From NCBI RefSeq assembly GCF_009914755.1, contig NC_060934.1: a stretch of 64,000 bases of DNA. One strand, 5' to 3'. Of this stretch, positions 1 to 17,152 are shown piece after piece. How positions within the stretch are numbered: position 1 is the stretch's first letter; each line of letters begins with the position of its first letter. The notes below the pieces were generated by a model, which saw only the letters and a program-made list of their open reading frames with translations, made no database searches and was not told where the DNA came from. This stretch comes from the human T2T-CHM13v2.0 reference genome, Homo sapiens. The translations under genes and the position numbers were made by a program.

Positions 1-126
1 TTTATGAATGACTTAATTTCTTTATTACATAAAGTATATATGTTCATTGTAGATGCTTTACAAAAATCAGGTAAGCAAAAAAGAAGAAAAAAATTAATGT
101 CTTGAATCCCACCACTTTGAAATAAC

Positions 127-420
127 TTTTTTTTTCTGAGATAGGTTCTTGTTCAGTCGCCCAGGTTGGAGTGCGGTGGTGCGATCACAGCTCCCTGCAG
201 CCTCTACCTCCTGATCTCAAGCCATCCCCCCATCTCAGTCCCAGTCTCAGCTGAGACTACAGGCATGTGCCACCAAGCCCAGCTAATTTTTGTAATTTTT
301 TGTAGGGCGGGGTTTCACCATGTTGCCTAGGCTGCTGTCAGACTCCTGAGTTCAAGTAATTTGCCTGTCTCGGCCTCCCAAAGTGCTGGGATTATAGGCA
401 TGAGCCACTGTGTCCTGCCT
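127..420 (-). mobile_element. Alu (AluJ-like)
   Basis: Poly-T followed by antisense dimeric Alu. Confidence 0.9.
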
Positions 421-554
421 TGAAATAATTTCACTTAATATTTTGGTATATATACCTCTGTCTGTGCATATTAATGGAATTATGCTGCAATACTGTTTGT
501 AATTAACTGCATATCATAAATATTTTTTCATGTCAATAGACTTTAACAATATTA

Positions 555-634
555 TTAGGTTGGTGCAAAAGTAATTGCGGTTTTTGCCACTAAAAGTAAT
601 GGGGAAAATCGCTATTATTTTTGTACCAACCTAA
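555..634. mobile_element. MADE1 (Hsmar1-derived MITE), full length 80 bp
   Basis: TIRs TTAGGTTGGTGCAAAA ... TTTTGTACCAACCTAA, with TA target duplication at 553-554 and 635-636. Confidence 0.93.
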
Positions 635-1328
635 TAGCTGCGTAGCTTTCTATTTTACAGATCTAATACCATTTATTTACTCAACCTCCTACTATTAAGT
701 GTCTAGGCTATTTCTGATCTTTTACTTTTATACCCACACTCATGGTAAGCACCCTTGCAACTATATTAATCACATACATTCTTAATTATTTCTCTAAGAT
801 GAATTCATAAAAGCAGAATTGTGGGGTCAAAGCCTATACACATTTTTAGGTTGTTTGATAATAAGCCAAATGCAATAAAGTATCTTAATCTGTATCCCAA
901 TGTCCAGTATTCTGTTTTCCTCCAACTTATCTTCCTCCTTAAGTTTGTAAAGAAGAACACTAATAATGTTGCCTCCCACTTCAAAAATTGTCCAGGATTC
1001 AAAATCCTCAGTCTAGGCTTTGAAGCCCTTCTAATCTGGGCCCGGCCCACCTTTTCAGGGTCACCTCTCACTGTCCTCCCTGTATTACCCTACACCCCAT
1101 GCTATTGCTTCTGAACACTCTTGATTTCTACCCTGTCTTCAGCCACACTAGATATGATCCCTTTCGTGAACTCCGATAGCCATGTACACGTGCCTCACTT
1201 CCAGCATTAATTGTATTCTGTTCTATGTCTCATGGGCTTTTTACGCACTAGTCTTACCTCCCTTCCCACACCACAAGTGCTTGTAATGCTGGGACCACCC
1301 CCTGAGTCCCCGACAGTAGAAGTGTAAC

Positions 1329-1660
1329 TGTCAGAATTGTCTTGGTGATGCTGCAGTAACAACAACCCTCAGGTCTCCGAGGCTGAAAACAAGACAAGTT
1401 TATTTCTCATCATGCTACATGTCCATCTCGGGTCATCCAGGGGCCTCTGTTACATGACATCCTCACTCTGGGATTCAGGGGCCCTTTCATCTGAAACTGA
1501 TGTGGCAGCAGAGGGAACAGAGACCTGGAGAGCCTCCCGTTGGCAATTAATTGTTCCTGTCTGAAAGTGATATTTCTGCCCACAAACCATTTGTTAAAAT
1601 CAGTCACATGGCTGTACCAGAGGGAGGAAGAGTAATCTTCCCATGTAACTGGGAGAAGGA
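1329..1660 (-). mobile_element. Old MaLR LTR (MLT1-like)
   Basis: gctgcagtaacaacaaccc...aagtttatttctcatcatgctacatgtcc, typical of antisense MLT1. Confidence 0.55.
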
Positions 1661-1770
1661 AACAATCATATAATATAAGGGGAACTTGAAGTCTCTATCA
1701 CAATAGCTAGAATGGTGCCTTGCTTGTAACAGACAATCAATAGACAAATGTTGAAAGAATGAACAAATGA

Positions 1771-2058
<288 letters not shown>

Positions 2059-2169
2059 AATGAACAAATGAATGAATCTCTAACTAGTTATAAAAACAAA
2101 AGAATGCTGACTATAATAGGATGTTTCTTTTTCAAATTAATATTCACTTTTATAAGATTATGAAAGATG

Positions 2170-2513
<344 letters not shown>

Positions 2514-3055
2514 CTATTAAGTATAAGTCTGTATATGAAATGCAAATATGTGTTTTTCCCTCTCTGTTTCAAGAGGGAAGGATGAAACCAGGAAATCGTG
2601 AGCACACCACATACTTACAGGAGAAGTAGGAACTGTACCATGAGTCACACAAAATAACTAGGTAAAAAAGAGTGTCCAAAATTGTTAGATAAGGAAGATG
2701 GTCCCATAGGAGGGGTGACTCAGTTGACTCAACTCTCTCCTGGGAAATACACTTCTGCATTATCCTATTTATAATAACAGGGTGTTATGAAGTAAATAGT
2801 CACCCAAAGAGGAACCTCCTGAGAGTAGAGTTGAGTGTGACATAGGACAGTCCAAGAAAATATGTGCACCTGACAAGGTGCTTTGAGGTAGCAGGTGAAG
2901 CTCAATCACAAGAAGTGGCATAACTCAACAAATGACTCTTTCTGTACCCCTGGGAAAACCATGTTTCCCACCAAGAATCTCTCAATTCATGACAGGGAAT
3001 GTGCAACCTCAACGGATCTCTCTTTCTTTTGTGACTATTAAGATTACTATCTCTC

Positions 3056-3329
<274 letters not shown>

Positions 3330-4369
3330 CTAGAGAGGTAAATCTTAGAGAACTCAATGAAACTCATAGGGTTTCTATTTTTGAAGCAAACTTAAATGTG
3401 GGTGTAACAATAATTTTTAGAGTCACTGTAACATGTGTGTGTTTTCCACTTAAGAGAATTTGTCATATTAGGTTTGTAGCTTTATTGAAGTGTTTAAAAC
3501 ACCTTGACTAAGTTTGAAACCAACATTTAAGTATCGAAGGCAATTGGTTCATGAATTAATAGTTTGAATTATTAGTTGCATAATAGTGTTTAAATATTTG
3601 AGGAAATGTGTTTAATAGATGTAAAAGCTTAGTAAAGTGAACATTAAACAAAACTAAGTAGTGGTAAGTGTTCTTTCTATGCCAGTAGCCCCTGAGACGT
3701 TAAGGATCCTAGCAACAGACAAGATATCTATCATCTAGTAGATTTAGTAGACTGTATGTTGTAGCAAAATCGCATGACCTCTGGCTATTACTATTGAAAA
3801 CAAAATCCTAACTAAGATACTTAGCAGAAAAACCCAGCCAGCAACTATGTAGGTTACCTTTTGTAATTACAGTCTCTCGACAAGGGTTATTATTCAATTC
3901 ATGACTTGATTAGGTTTGGATCATTGGCAAATATTTTGCTATGTTCACCTCTTTAGTAATAAGCTTGAGGTTTACTCCTTTAAAACACTTCTGAGGTCAA
4001 GCTTTCTGAAGTGACAGGGATTGAGAGGTGAAGGTTCTAGAGAAAGAGGAGGCCAAGCAACCTTGGTGATCAAAAGACTTTTAAGAAAAGGAAAGATTAA
4101 TATTCACCTTTATGTTGCAGTGATGCAAACTGTTCCATATCTCCCAGATGTTCATTACAGTTGCTATATAAACAAAAAAAATCCAAGCACTTCCGAGGTC
4201 TAAATAGTTTTACTTCCTATAGCTATCATACAAGAACGATTCAAAGTGCCAATTGTTGCCAATGTCGTGTCATTCATGGATATGTCAGTGATTCTTCCTT
4301 GCTGTGGACAGCAGCCGACATTCAGTTATTTTTCTGGAATAGACACCTCAGCTTGCTACTTGCTGGGCT

Positions 4370-4500
4370 GATCTAAGATACTCTGAAGATTCGCTAGGGA
4401 CTTATGAGCTACTAATGCTCAGGGATTTAGTGTCCTGAAGAACTCTTTAATCCTGTGCTTCCTGAATCCCACCCTAAGCCAGGGCCTTCTGTCACATCCC
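4370..4500 (+). promoter_or_regulatory. PDE6C: PDE6C proximal promoter with K50 homeodomain (CRX/OTX2-type) motifs
   Basis: TAATCC 4448-4453, CTAAGCC 4474-4480 and GGATTTA 4423-4429, 200-260 nt upstream of the ATG. No CpG island or clear TATA box. Confidence 0.7.
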
Positions 4501-4637
4501 AAGAGTTACAGGCAGTTTGAAAGCTCTGCTTTCTGCTTGACCTTTGGAAGTCCTATGAGGGACCATTTACGGTTTCCTCAGTAATTTCCACCAGGATGAA
4601 TTTCCTTCTCATCACTCTGCCTCAGGTAGTGCTCTGA

Positions 4638-5228
<591 letters not shown>

Positions 5229-5303
5229 TAGTGCTATCCTTGTGGCATTAGTTTGGCAATAACCGGGGGAATGTGGGTGGCAGGGAAGAGGATCACCCAG
5301 GCC

Positions 5304-5437
5304 TAGTGTTGCCAAATTTAGCAAATGAAATTTCAAGTTGCCCAGTTGAACTTGAATTTCAGATAAACAATGAATTATTATTTTCTGAAGTATAAGTATG
5401 TCCCATGTAAAGTTTGGCATTTTATCAGGTGATCCTA
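5304..5437. mobile_element. MER53 palindromic DNA element, right arm mostly deleted
   Basis: tagtgttgccaaatttagcaaat...gaatttcagataaacaatgaat...agtataagtatgtcccat...tttatcaggtgatccta matches the MER53 left arm and terminus. Confidence 0.75.
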
Positions 5438-6963
5438 CCTGGCCCTGGTGCATTCCACACACCCTCCCTTACGCCTCCTCCAGTGCTCTGGGGGACTTTC
5501 CTTCTCAGCAACACCAGCAAAACAAACTACCCCACTAGGGAGATGGGCCAACGTGCCCAGATGCCAAGACTTGTGAACTGCTCCCCATGCCTCTCATTCA
5601 CAGTCCTTCGAAAACATTCAGGTTTTTTGGATGGATTTGCTAGTAAATCAATTCTTTCATCTATCGACCAAATGTGCAAAGAGAAAAAATGATGCCATTT
5701 GAAAGTTCAGATGTTCAAATTTGGAATTCATTACATATGTGAATTTAGGTGATGGTTAAGTGCAATTGACCACTCCCACTGCTCCATAACCCAGATCTTT
5801 CAAGAATGAATTCCAATCAAGTAAGTGGGACATTTGGACCCTCTTGAAGACCAACAGCATACTGCACAAATACAAGGCATTGAGATGCCCCTTATAGAAA
5901 TAGAAAAACTTTATTCTTACCATTAGAGTACATGTTCATTTTTAAACAATTATAAGATACAAATAAACCAGAGGAGGAAATGCTAATCACCCATCATCCC
6001 TCCCCTCAGCAATAATCAAGGGTACCAGCTTGGAGATTCTCCTGGCAGCTCCTTCTCTACACATGTGGTCCATTATTACAGTTTACCATTAACAAAAAGG
6101 GAAAAGTGGATTATGATGGAACAGAGTTGAATGGGAACAACTTGTGAAATGCTTTCTGTGCAGGGGTGTATAGGGCAGCTGGAGAGGCAGGAGGATAATC
6201 TCCTAAATGCCTCCTGAAGCTGATTATAGGGGGAGGGTCACACGGACCCAAGAGGTGTGGAAGTCATCAAACACGAGTGACTCTCTGCAAACAACCACAG
6301 AACACCGCTCAGGTGCAAGGGTTACCATGGGGCCTGGTAGGGCTTCAGTCCTGAATAATTCCTCCTTTCAGTAAGTTTAAGCTGGGTTAAGTTTGCTTTT
6401 GAGCCTGACTGCAGCTGCTTCAAGTGTCTAAATGGATGCTCATCCTTAGGGCAAAGTTCTCTAGACAACCAACTGGAAGGCAATGTCTGCACATCCTGAG
6501 GTTTTTCTCATGGGAATACGCTCCTTGAGGGTCCCCAACTGAGCCCATCCCTGCTAGCACATCAAACTTGAAAAAGTGACATTCAGCAATTTTTTGAAAG
6601 GCTTTTAAAGAAGAGATGGGTAAAATGATTTCTGCTGTTATACTTTGATTAGCCCAGTTCTCTGTGGTGAGAAGGAAATAAGAGCATGGAGCTGCTTGGA
6701 GGTGGTTTTGGTCTGCGGCTGTCCATGGTGAGCATCACGGCATGGACGGAGCACTTCATCTGGGAGTGGGGAGTCTCTCCTCTCTTCTCTGGAGGACTCC
6801 TGGCTGTTCTGGGTGGGACACAGAGAAATGTGTGTTGAAGACAGATACGGTTCTGTGCTCACGAGAAAGAGACCTCATTGGTTCTTCATTTCAACTGCTT
6901 CTTCACATTTTTTTCTCTCTAGAGTGGGGATTCCAACTCTGGCTGTACATTAAAACCATATTA

Positions 6964-7254
<291 letters not shown>

Positions 7255-7328
7255 CACAATCCACAAAACCATATTGGTGGCTTTATTGTTACAGCGGACT
7301 CTCAAAGATTAGAATTCAGGCATTAGTA

Positions 7329-7635
<307 letters not shown>

Positions 7636-8605
7636 CAGGCATTGGTATTTTTAAAAAGCTCCCCCAGCTACTTCTAATATGCAGCCAATGTTGAAAACCA
7701 CTGGTCTCTTGGGTAAGCAGATACAGGAGGAGGAAGTGAATTTCAAATCAGCTGTGGAATATTAGAGATGGAAGGGGCTTATGAAGTCTTTAGCCCAACT
7801 CTGTCCTATGGAGGACAGGAAGTTGAGGCCATAGGAGTTGTATATCCCCCGGGTCCATGGTGTGTGTCTGTGGATGAGGAGGGTTGGAACGGAGGTGGCT
7901 GAGTATGTGTCCAGTGCTGTTTGCCTACCTTACACCCCTGCAGTTTCACTTGCTTTAGCCGCTGCAGTAAGATTTGCAACGGGAAAGGAAGTAGAAACCA
8001 ATGTTTCAAATGAAATATCTGATTAATTCTTCCTCTTTTCATTGCACTTGACAATTTAAACAACATTCTCTGACAAGGGTCATATTTTTATTTCCAGCCT
8101 GTGTAGTAGGAATCGTTCAAAGTTAGGTAGACAGGAAGTGGCAGATCTGGGGCAATAACTCAGGTCTTGGAGGCCTCCCTCTTTCTACCATATCCCTGAC
8201 CACACACAACTTTCCTCTGGCTAGCAGTGTGGGCGCAGGTGAGGGAAAGACTTCTCACACCTAGACAAAGGTACAGAACTACATACTCCCAACCTTGGAG
8301 GGTCCATGAAGGTAACAGGGAAGCCACTAGTATAGGGAGAGGGCTGTGGCATCAGACAGACCTGGGTGAAGATCCATGTCTGTGACGTAGTAACTGTGTG
8401 ATGGAGTTTCTACCCCTAAGAAATGGAGATAAGCAAATGTACAGATTAAATGTATATAAAGGACCTGACTCATAGTAGATGCTCAATAAATGATAGCTGT
8501 GATAATATTGTCATTATGCCAGTAGGCGTTTAGGAGCTGGATATGGTTGGCCAAAAAATGGTCAATGATTATTGCCTGTTTTAAAACAAGTTGAAGGCAG
8601 GAAGA

Positions 8606-8876
<271 letters not shown>

Positions 8877-9442
8877 AGGAAGACTTTTAAGAACAGGAAA
8901 CTGAGAGATATCCTCTTTAAGTTGTTTTTTTCTCTATTCGGAAAGCTGTCCATAAACTATGGGTGATCCTGATTCTGACTGTGGTTTAAAAGTCCTCCTT
9001 CCTCTCTCTTCCTTTCCTCCTCTACTTCTGCTTTGGATCTCAGGGGTTAAGGGTGTTTAATCAGGATTTAGCAATACTGACATCTGATGAGGGATCAGGC
9101 CTCCTGTTGCTCTAAACAATGTTCTCCAGCTGCCTTCAAGGGCTTCTCTGAAGAACCATCAAGGGACACACGCAGGATTTATGCAAAGAAACTTCGCTAA
9201 GGATTTTTTGAGCTAGTGAAAATAAAACACAAAAACCCCTCCCCCATCCCCATCCTGTAACTTAATGGCTGGTTTATCTAGGGCTTTCAGATGCAATAAT
9301 AAGCAAGTATCAAATTTTGAAACTTACAAGCCATTTTCTCAAAACAGTCCATTGAACTTAACATTTCCTTGTGTTTAGAATCTGGAATAAAATGGCATTA
9401 AGTTTGAAGCTGCAGAGTGAAATGTGTTTGCAAAGAAGTGCT

Positions 9443-9746
<304 letters not shown>

Positions 9747-11370
9747 AGTCCTGGCTAACTTCACCCCATGGTGCACATTTCTGGTATTTCGATGATTCCT
9801 TTAGTGCCCAGGCTGTGTAAATGAAGGTGATGTGATCTGCATGGATAACAGGGTGGAAGGGAAACAATGGGAGCTGGCCTAGACAAGCAGTGGATTAAGA
9901 GAAAGAATCTAACAAAAACTGCAGACACTTTGGTCTGAGGGTGAAGATGCTATGGGGAACCAGAGAGAGGTAACAGATAAAATGGATAGAAAAGAAATGT
10001 GGTTCTTGGTGGCATGAGTGAGGGAGTGTGCTGGCCTTCTGGAGGAAGGGTGCTCCGCGGTATGGGAGGCCTACATCCAGCTATGGGCATCTGATTTCTT
10101 CAGTGATTTGAATTGGCTAGAAAAATTAAAACTAGAAGCAAAATGGTAATTGCAAAAGAACTACTTCTCATTCAGGAAAGCCTAGAAAAGTACTAAGTTT
10201 CTCTTCCTAGTACTTACTGAATACTATGTGCCAGACACTCTTTTTTTTTCTAAGTGCTCAGCCTATACTATGTTATTCTATCTTCACATCAGGAATTCTA
10301 GGCAGTAGATGGAAGCATTACCCCTATTTTCAGATTACAAAACGAGGACACAGAAGGTAAGTAACACGCCCAGGACCATACAGCTAGTACACTGGGGCCC
10401 AGTTTCAGCCAAGAAAGTCTGACTCCAATACCTTCCTTGCCTTTATGCAATGCTGATGCCTCAAGAGTTGGTTTGTGTGTTTCCACTTTGGGAAAGGTAT
10501 AGAAGAGATCTGGAGTGAGGGGCTGCCTTTATCCCCTTTACATCACATATTTCCTCTGAGAGCGGTACCATTTCTGGTGATCCTCTGCAGGAGTGATTCC
10601 CCATTGGGTTGAGCCTAAGAATTACCTGGGCCACGTAAAAGTGCAGGTTCCACTGTAGGAGATTAGGATTCAGTGCATCTGCTGCATTAATCTGCAGGTG
10701 ATTCTGAGGCATATCTCAGGACTGCTAATCTCATTTGAGCTCTGTGAGTTCTATTGGCCAACCAGCCCTTGTTCCCTGGTGGAAACTCTGGCCTGGAAAT
10801 GACACACCCAGAAAATTCTCACATTTTTTTCTACGGGAAACCAGACAGAATCCAGTCTGCAAGGTTTGTGCTGCTTTTAGAAGCACTGCCAACACAGGGA
10901 AATGAAAATAATACAACTGTGGAAGGAATACCGCACTAATTTTGGCCAACGAGTCTCAGAGTTAAGGCTGAAGTTCAGTTCTAATTGAAGAAGTCCTAGG
11001 TTCAAAGGGAAGAATGTCATGACCCAAGGAAGGCTGGGTCTAAACCCACCGTGAGTGGCTATTCTCTGAAATGATAACTAATAAGATAATTGCCTTCCTT
11101 GACCTTTTTCTCAAGCCCTTCCATTTGTGCGCTTCTCCAGACTCATTACTCAGCCTCTGCTATGGCCAGTGGATTAGAATTATCTCTCGAATCTACTCTA
11201 TGAGGTCTGAATCTGGGAAGATCCACTTTCCTCTCTCCCAGAGAAAGAAAAAAAAATAGGAATGGAAGACATAAGCCTGGTAGAACATTAAAAACCTGAT
11301 AAGCATCTGATGCTGGCAAGAGGGTAGTCCTTGGTCCTTTCACACAGGGTCAGTGGAAGTTAGAATGTGA

Positions 11371-11704
<334 letters not shown>

Positions 11705-12585
11705 TAATCTATGTAAAGAAAAACTGTATGTTCCTGTGGATCCAGCAAAAGGGATTTCCTTTTTTGGGAATCTGTCACATAAAAATAAAAGCAAGAAGGA
11801 TTAGTGCAGTATTGTTGGTAGTGGGGAAAACTATACACAGGCAAAATCAGTAAAGGACAGTTGAGTGGATCATAAAGCACCCAGGGTGGAGTAGTGTGCA
11901 CAAATCTAAGAGGTGAGTTCACATCCATATGCATTGGTCTTCAGGGAAGTCCCTAAGACATTGTTAAGTGATGAAACTATTATAAGCAATTAGAAAAGGA
12001 AATTTTAGAAAAAATAGAAAACTCTTTGTTCAAGCATGGAGAAAGGCATAGGAGACACACCAGCAGTTAGCACGGATTTCTTCTAGTAGGCTAGATTGGA
12101 AGGAACTGGGGGCAATGATAATTTTTGCTTTATGTTATGACATATGGGTTGATGATTTCAAGTGCATGTTTTCCCTTTGTAATGAGAGAGAAGCGCTCTA
12201 TGAACTGTGTCTGTATTCCTAGCTGTGCTCTCCTTCCCTGCATGTACTTGCTGTCTATTGTAACCTTGTGCCTTCCCCTCTCTTCCTCTTAGCACCTCAC
12301 TTTCCACTTGGCTGTCTGATCACCTCTTTTCTTCTGGCCCAACCTCAGCCTAACCTAAATAGGCCATAGCTCAGGTTGGCAGCGCTTATTCTGAAATGGG
12401 CAATTCCATTCTATGCAGTCATAGGATGGCAGGTGGAGTGGGATTGTTTACTGGGGACCACTGTACTGGAGCCCTGGTTATCTGTTGGTAGCATTTAAAT
12501 GAGAGAGAATGATCTGTCATCATCCCTAGATCTACCACTCTATGATTTTGTGCCACTTTGACAAATATGTGACTGTCTCTTTCAG

Positions 12586-12738
12586 AACAGCCATTTTTCT
12601 GACTTCATGGACAAGCAAACTGGGTATGTCACTAAGAACCTGCTGGCAACCCCGATCGTGGTGGGCAAGGAGGTTCTTGCTGTGATCATGGCAGTTAACA
12701 AAGTAAATGCATCTGAATTTTCCAAACAGGATGAAGAG
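12586..12738 (+). CDS. PDE6C: PDE6C exon 2 (NSHFSDF...KQDEE; GAF-A NKFDE-type motif)
   Basis: ttcag|AAC ... GAG|gtaatg; 153 nt. Confidence 0.97.
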
Positions 12739-12844
12739 GTAATGCTAACCCTGGGCATCTGGTTGGAGGCTCAGGAAATTTATTTGTTGTATAACCAAAG
12801 AAAAGATGTCACAACCATAACTTGTTATTCTCTGCCGTCTGTAG

Positions 12845-12952
<108 letters not shown>

Positions 12953-13798
12953 TAGTCATTCCATGCTGACCTATTCTGACAAAGCCGCCCAGAGACAACA
13001 AATTCAGACCCCTCCTATTCCTCCTGGGGGTGTAAGCCACGTGGAACAGATCCCCAAACTTCAGTCCCACGTGTCCTCTCATGATCTTCCCGCCACTCTC
13101 CCCACACACACTCCCCTGCACCCCAAGCTCTCCAATTGTGTACACAACTGGCTTGGCTTTCTTCAATCTAGATCCCGAGTGGACTTGGCATTTCTGTCTA
13201 TGAGATGGTGATGACAATAATGGTACCTACTTCAGATGGTTGTTGTGACTATTAGCGATTAGCTCTCAAATAAAGTTTGTAGAAATTCCTGGGTCATAGT
13301 AAACCTATTAATTTGAGGAGCATATTATTCCTAACTCCATGAGACAGAGGGATAAAGGGCACTATTAGTACCTAAGATACCTAGGTCTGGCCCACTCTCT
13401 GGACCTCAGTTTCCTCACCAGTACAATGCACGAGTAGAGGTTGAGAGGGAGGTCCCTTCCCGTTTGAACTCTCCAGGTAAGGTTACCTCTGACTATCTCA
13501 GGATGCATGGAAGGAGGTATGTGGCTCTCTCCACATCAGGGCCAGCAGGAGCCAGTGGGCCACCGATACTGGATTCTCCGTCCAGGGACCATCCCTGCAT
13601 CCCATTTCAGGGCACTTCCCCTTTGGAGCCAAAACATCTAGACACAGGAACCAATCATAGCTTCTCTCTCTCCATAGACCCGCAGCCTTGCAAAAGTCTA
13701 CTCATCATCTCACCTAGAGGATCTGAGTAGTTTGTTGGATGTACACATGTTCAAAATCAGAATTGCACTTTCCAATGATATGCATTTATTTTATTTGA

Positions 13799-14071
<273 letters not shown>

Positions 14072-14244
14072 TAACACACACCACAGGAAATGTGATCCTT
14101 AAAAAACAGATACACTATGTAAATAATTAGTCATGATTGATGACAAGAACAGAGGTAAAAGTGTGTGTCTTGGAGCAAAAAAGATGTAGGCTTGAATCTT
14201 GGTTTTTCCACTTCCTAGTAATATGGGTTTTCAGCAAGTCTGTT

Positions 14245-14597
14245 TTTTTTTTTTTTACATTAATTAATAGACTATTTTTAGAGTAGTATTGACAGAAAAA
14301 TTGATTATAAAGTACGGAGTTTCCTCTTCCCTCCCAATCTCCTCTCCCAGTTTCCCTGTTATTAATATCTTGCATTAGTGTGGTGTGATGAATCAATATT
14401 GATATATTATTATTAACTAAAGTCCATAGTTTACATGAGGGTTCATCCTTTGTGCAGTTCTCTGGGTTTTGACAAATGTGTAATGTCATATATCTGCTAC
14501 TACAGTATCAGACAGACTACTTTCAGTGCCTCAAAGCCCTCTGTGCTTCACATATTCAACCTTTCCTCACCCCTTCCAAACTCCTGGTAGCCACAGG

Positions 14598-14629
<32 letters not shown>

Positions 14630-15840
14630 TCTATAGTTTTTGCCTTTTCCAGAATGCCATATAGTTGGAATCATACAGTATGTAGCTTTTCAGACTGGCT
14701 TTTCACTTTGAAATATGCATTTAAGTTTCCTCCATGTCTTTTCATGACTCAGTAGCTAATTTCTTTTTATCACTGAATAATATTCCACTGTATGGCAGGT
14801 TTGTGTATCCATTCACCTGTTGAAGGGTATCTTGGTTGCTTCTAATATTTAGTGATTGTGAATAAAGCTGCTATAACCATTGTAGGTAGGTTTATGTGTG
14901 TCTACATGTTTTCAACTCAATTGGGTAAATACCGAATAGGGCAATTGCTGGATTATACTGTAAGACAAATTGATCTTTGTAAGAAACTGGCAGACTGTCT
15001 TCCAAAGTGACTTTACTGTTTTGCATGTCTACCAGATGCACTTTCTCACCAGCAGTTGTTAATGTCAGTATTTTGGGTATTAGCAGTTGCTGATGTTAGT
15101 ATTTGGGGTATCAGTTGTGGTATCTCATTGTTGTTTTAATTTTCAGTTCCCCAATGACATATGATGTTGAGCATCTTCTCATATGTTTACTTGCCATCTG
15201 TATATCTTCTTAGAGAGATAGCTGCTCAGATTTTTTGCCCACATTTTTTTATGTTGTTTTCTTATCATTCAATTGTAAGAGTTATTTGTATATTATGGGT
15301 CCAAGTCCTTTACCAAATATGTGATTTGCAAATACTTTCTCCCAGTCTGTGGCTTATCTTTTCATTCTCTTAACAGTGTCTGCTGCAGAGCAGAAGGTTT
15401 TAATTTTAATGAAGTCCAATTTTTCTATATTTTTTCTTTCATGGATTGTGCTTTTGGTGTTGTATCTATGAAGCCTCATCAAACCCAAGTTCACCTAGAT
15501 CTTCTATGTCATCTCCTAGAATTTTTATACTTTTGTGTTTTACATTTAGGTGTATAATCCATTTCGAGTTATTTTTTGTGAAAGGTACAAGTTCTGTTTC
15601 TAGATTCACTTTTTTTACATGTAGATGTTCAGTTGTTCCAACAAAATTTGTTGAAAAGACTATCCTTTGTTCATTGCCTTTGCGCCTTTGTCCAAGTTAA
15701 CTATATTTGTAAGGGTCTATTTCTGGGTTCTCTATTTTGTTTCATTGATTCATTTGTCCATTCTTTCACTAATACCACACTGTCTTGATCATTGCAGCTT
15801 CATGGCAAATCTTAAGTCAGGTAGTGTCAGCTTTTTGATT
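14245..15840 (-). mobile_element. Old L1 (L1M-type) 3' fragment interrupting a MIR
   Basis: Antisense L1 3'UTR/ORF2-end motifs (tagttggaatcatacagtatgtagc, gatgttgagcatctt, ttgttgaaaagactatcc). MIR halves lie at ~14160-14240 and ~15850-16010. Confidence 0.8.
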
Positions 15841-16157
15841 TTGTTCTTCTTGTCAGCAAGTCTTTTAACCTACCTGATTCTTGGCTTCTTCATCTGTAAA
15901 ATGAGGACATCTCTCTTATCAATTGTGAGAATTAGAGATTTTATATATTTTTTTATATATATAAACACTATATGTACATAGTGTCTAGAATTTACACAGT
16001 AGGTGGATAATCAATATTATCTTTACCAACTTTAGGTTTTTGTACTCTAAAAAAATTTAATTAAAGTAGAAATATTGAAACATGTAATATTATTCACAAT
16101 ATAATGCCCTTGTGTCATCTTCTTTAATTCTGTTGCTACCCTTCTAGTTCAAAATAA

Positions 16158-16482
<325 letters not shown>

Positions 16483-16615
16483 TTATTTATATTTCTTCAT
16501 ATTCATGTGATTGGAAGTTATTTTTTCAGAGTAATTGTTCTAAGTGGATAAACATAGGATGAAGCACTAGGAGAGCTGGGTTCTGATCTTGGTTCTGGGA
16601 CTTTGTAGCTGAGTA

Positions 16616-17152
16616 TGTTGGTTAGGATTCTTTTGGCTATAAGAAACATCAGACACAGCTAAAAGCATCTCTAACAATATGATATTTATTCTCCTACTTA
16701 ACAAGGTAGGGCAGCGCTAGTACTGGTTGATTCAGAGATCAGTGCAGTCATTAAAGTCCAGGTGCTTTCTCTTTCTTCCTGGCAAGGTCTCTGCTACCTG
16801 CAGCGTGCTGGTGAGGCCTCCTCTTATGGTGGAAAGATGGCTGTTGCAGCTCAAATCATTGGCACATAGGCATGACACAACTGGGAGGCATTTTCTCCAA
16901 ATGTCACTCTCATCAGCTTTTATCTGAGGAATACCTTTTGCCAGTAGTCCCTCAGCAGACTTCTCCCCCTTCTTCAATGTCCAGATCTGGGCCACATACC
17001 TGCCCTTAAACTGATCTAGGCACCTCATGTAGACCACTCATGGGCTGTGGTCTGATGGAAAATTACCACCTGATACTCAAATCGCATCAGGTTATGCTAG
17101 CAAGGAAAAGACAGAGAATGAATGTTGGGTAAAGCAACCAACATTTTGCCAC
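16616..17152 (-). mobile_element. Old MaLR LTR (MLT1-like)
   Basis: gttaggattcttttggctataagaaaca...atttattctcctacttaacaag...aagatggctgttgcagctc. Confidence 0.55.
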
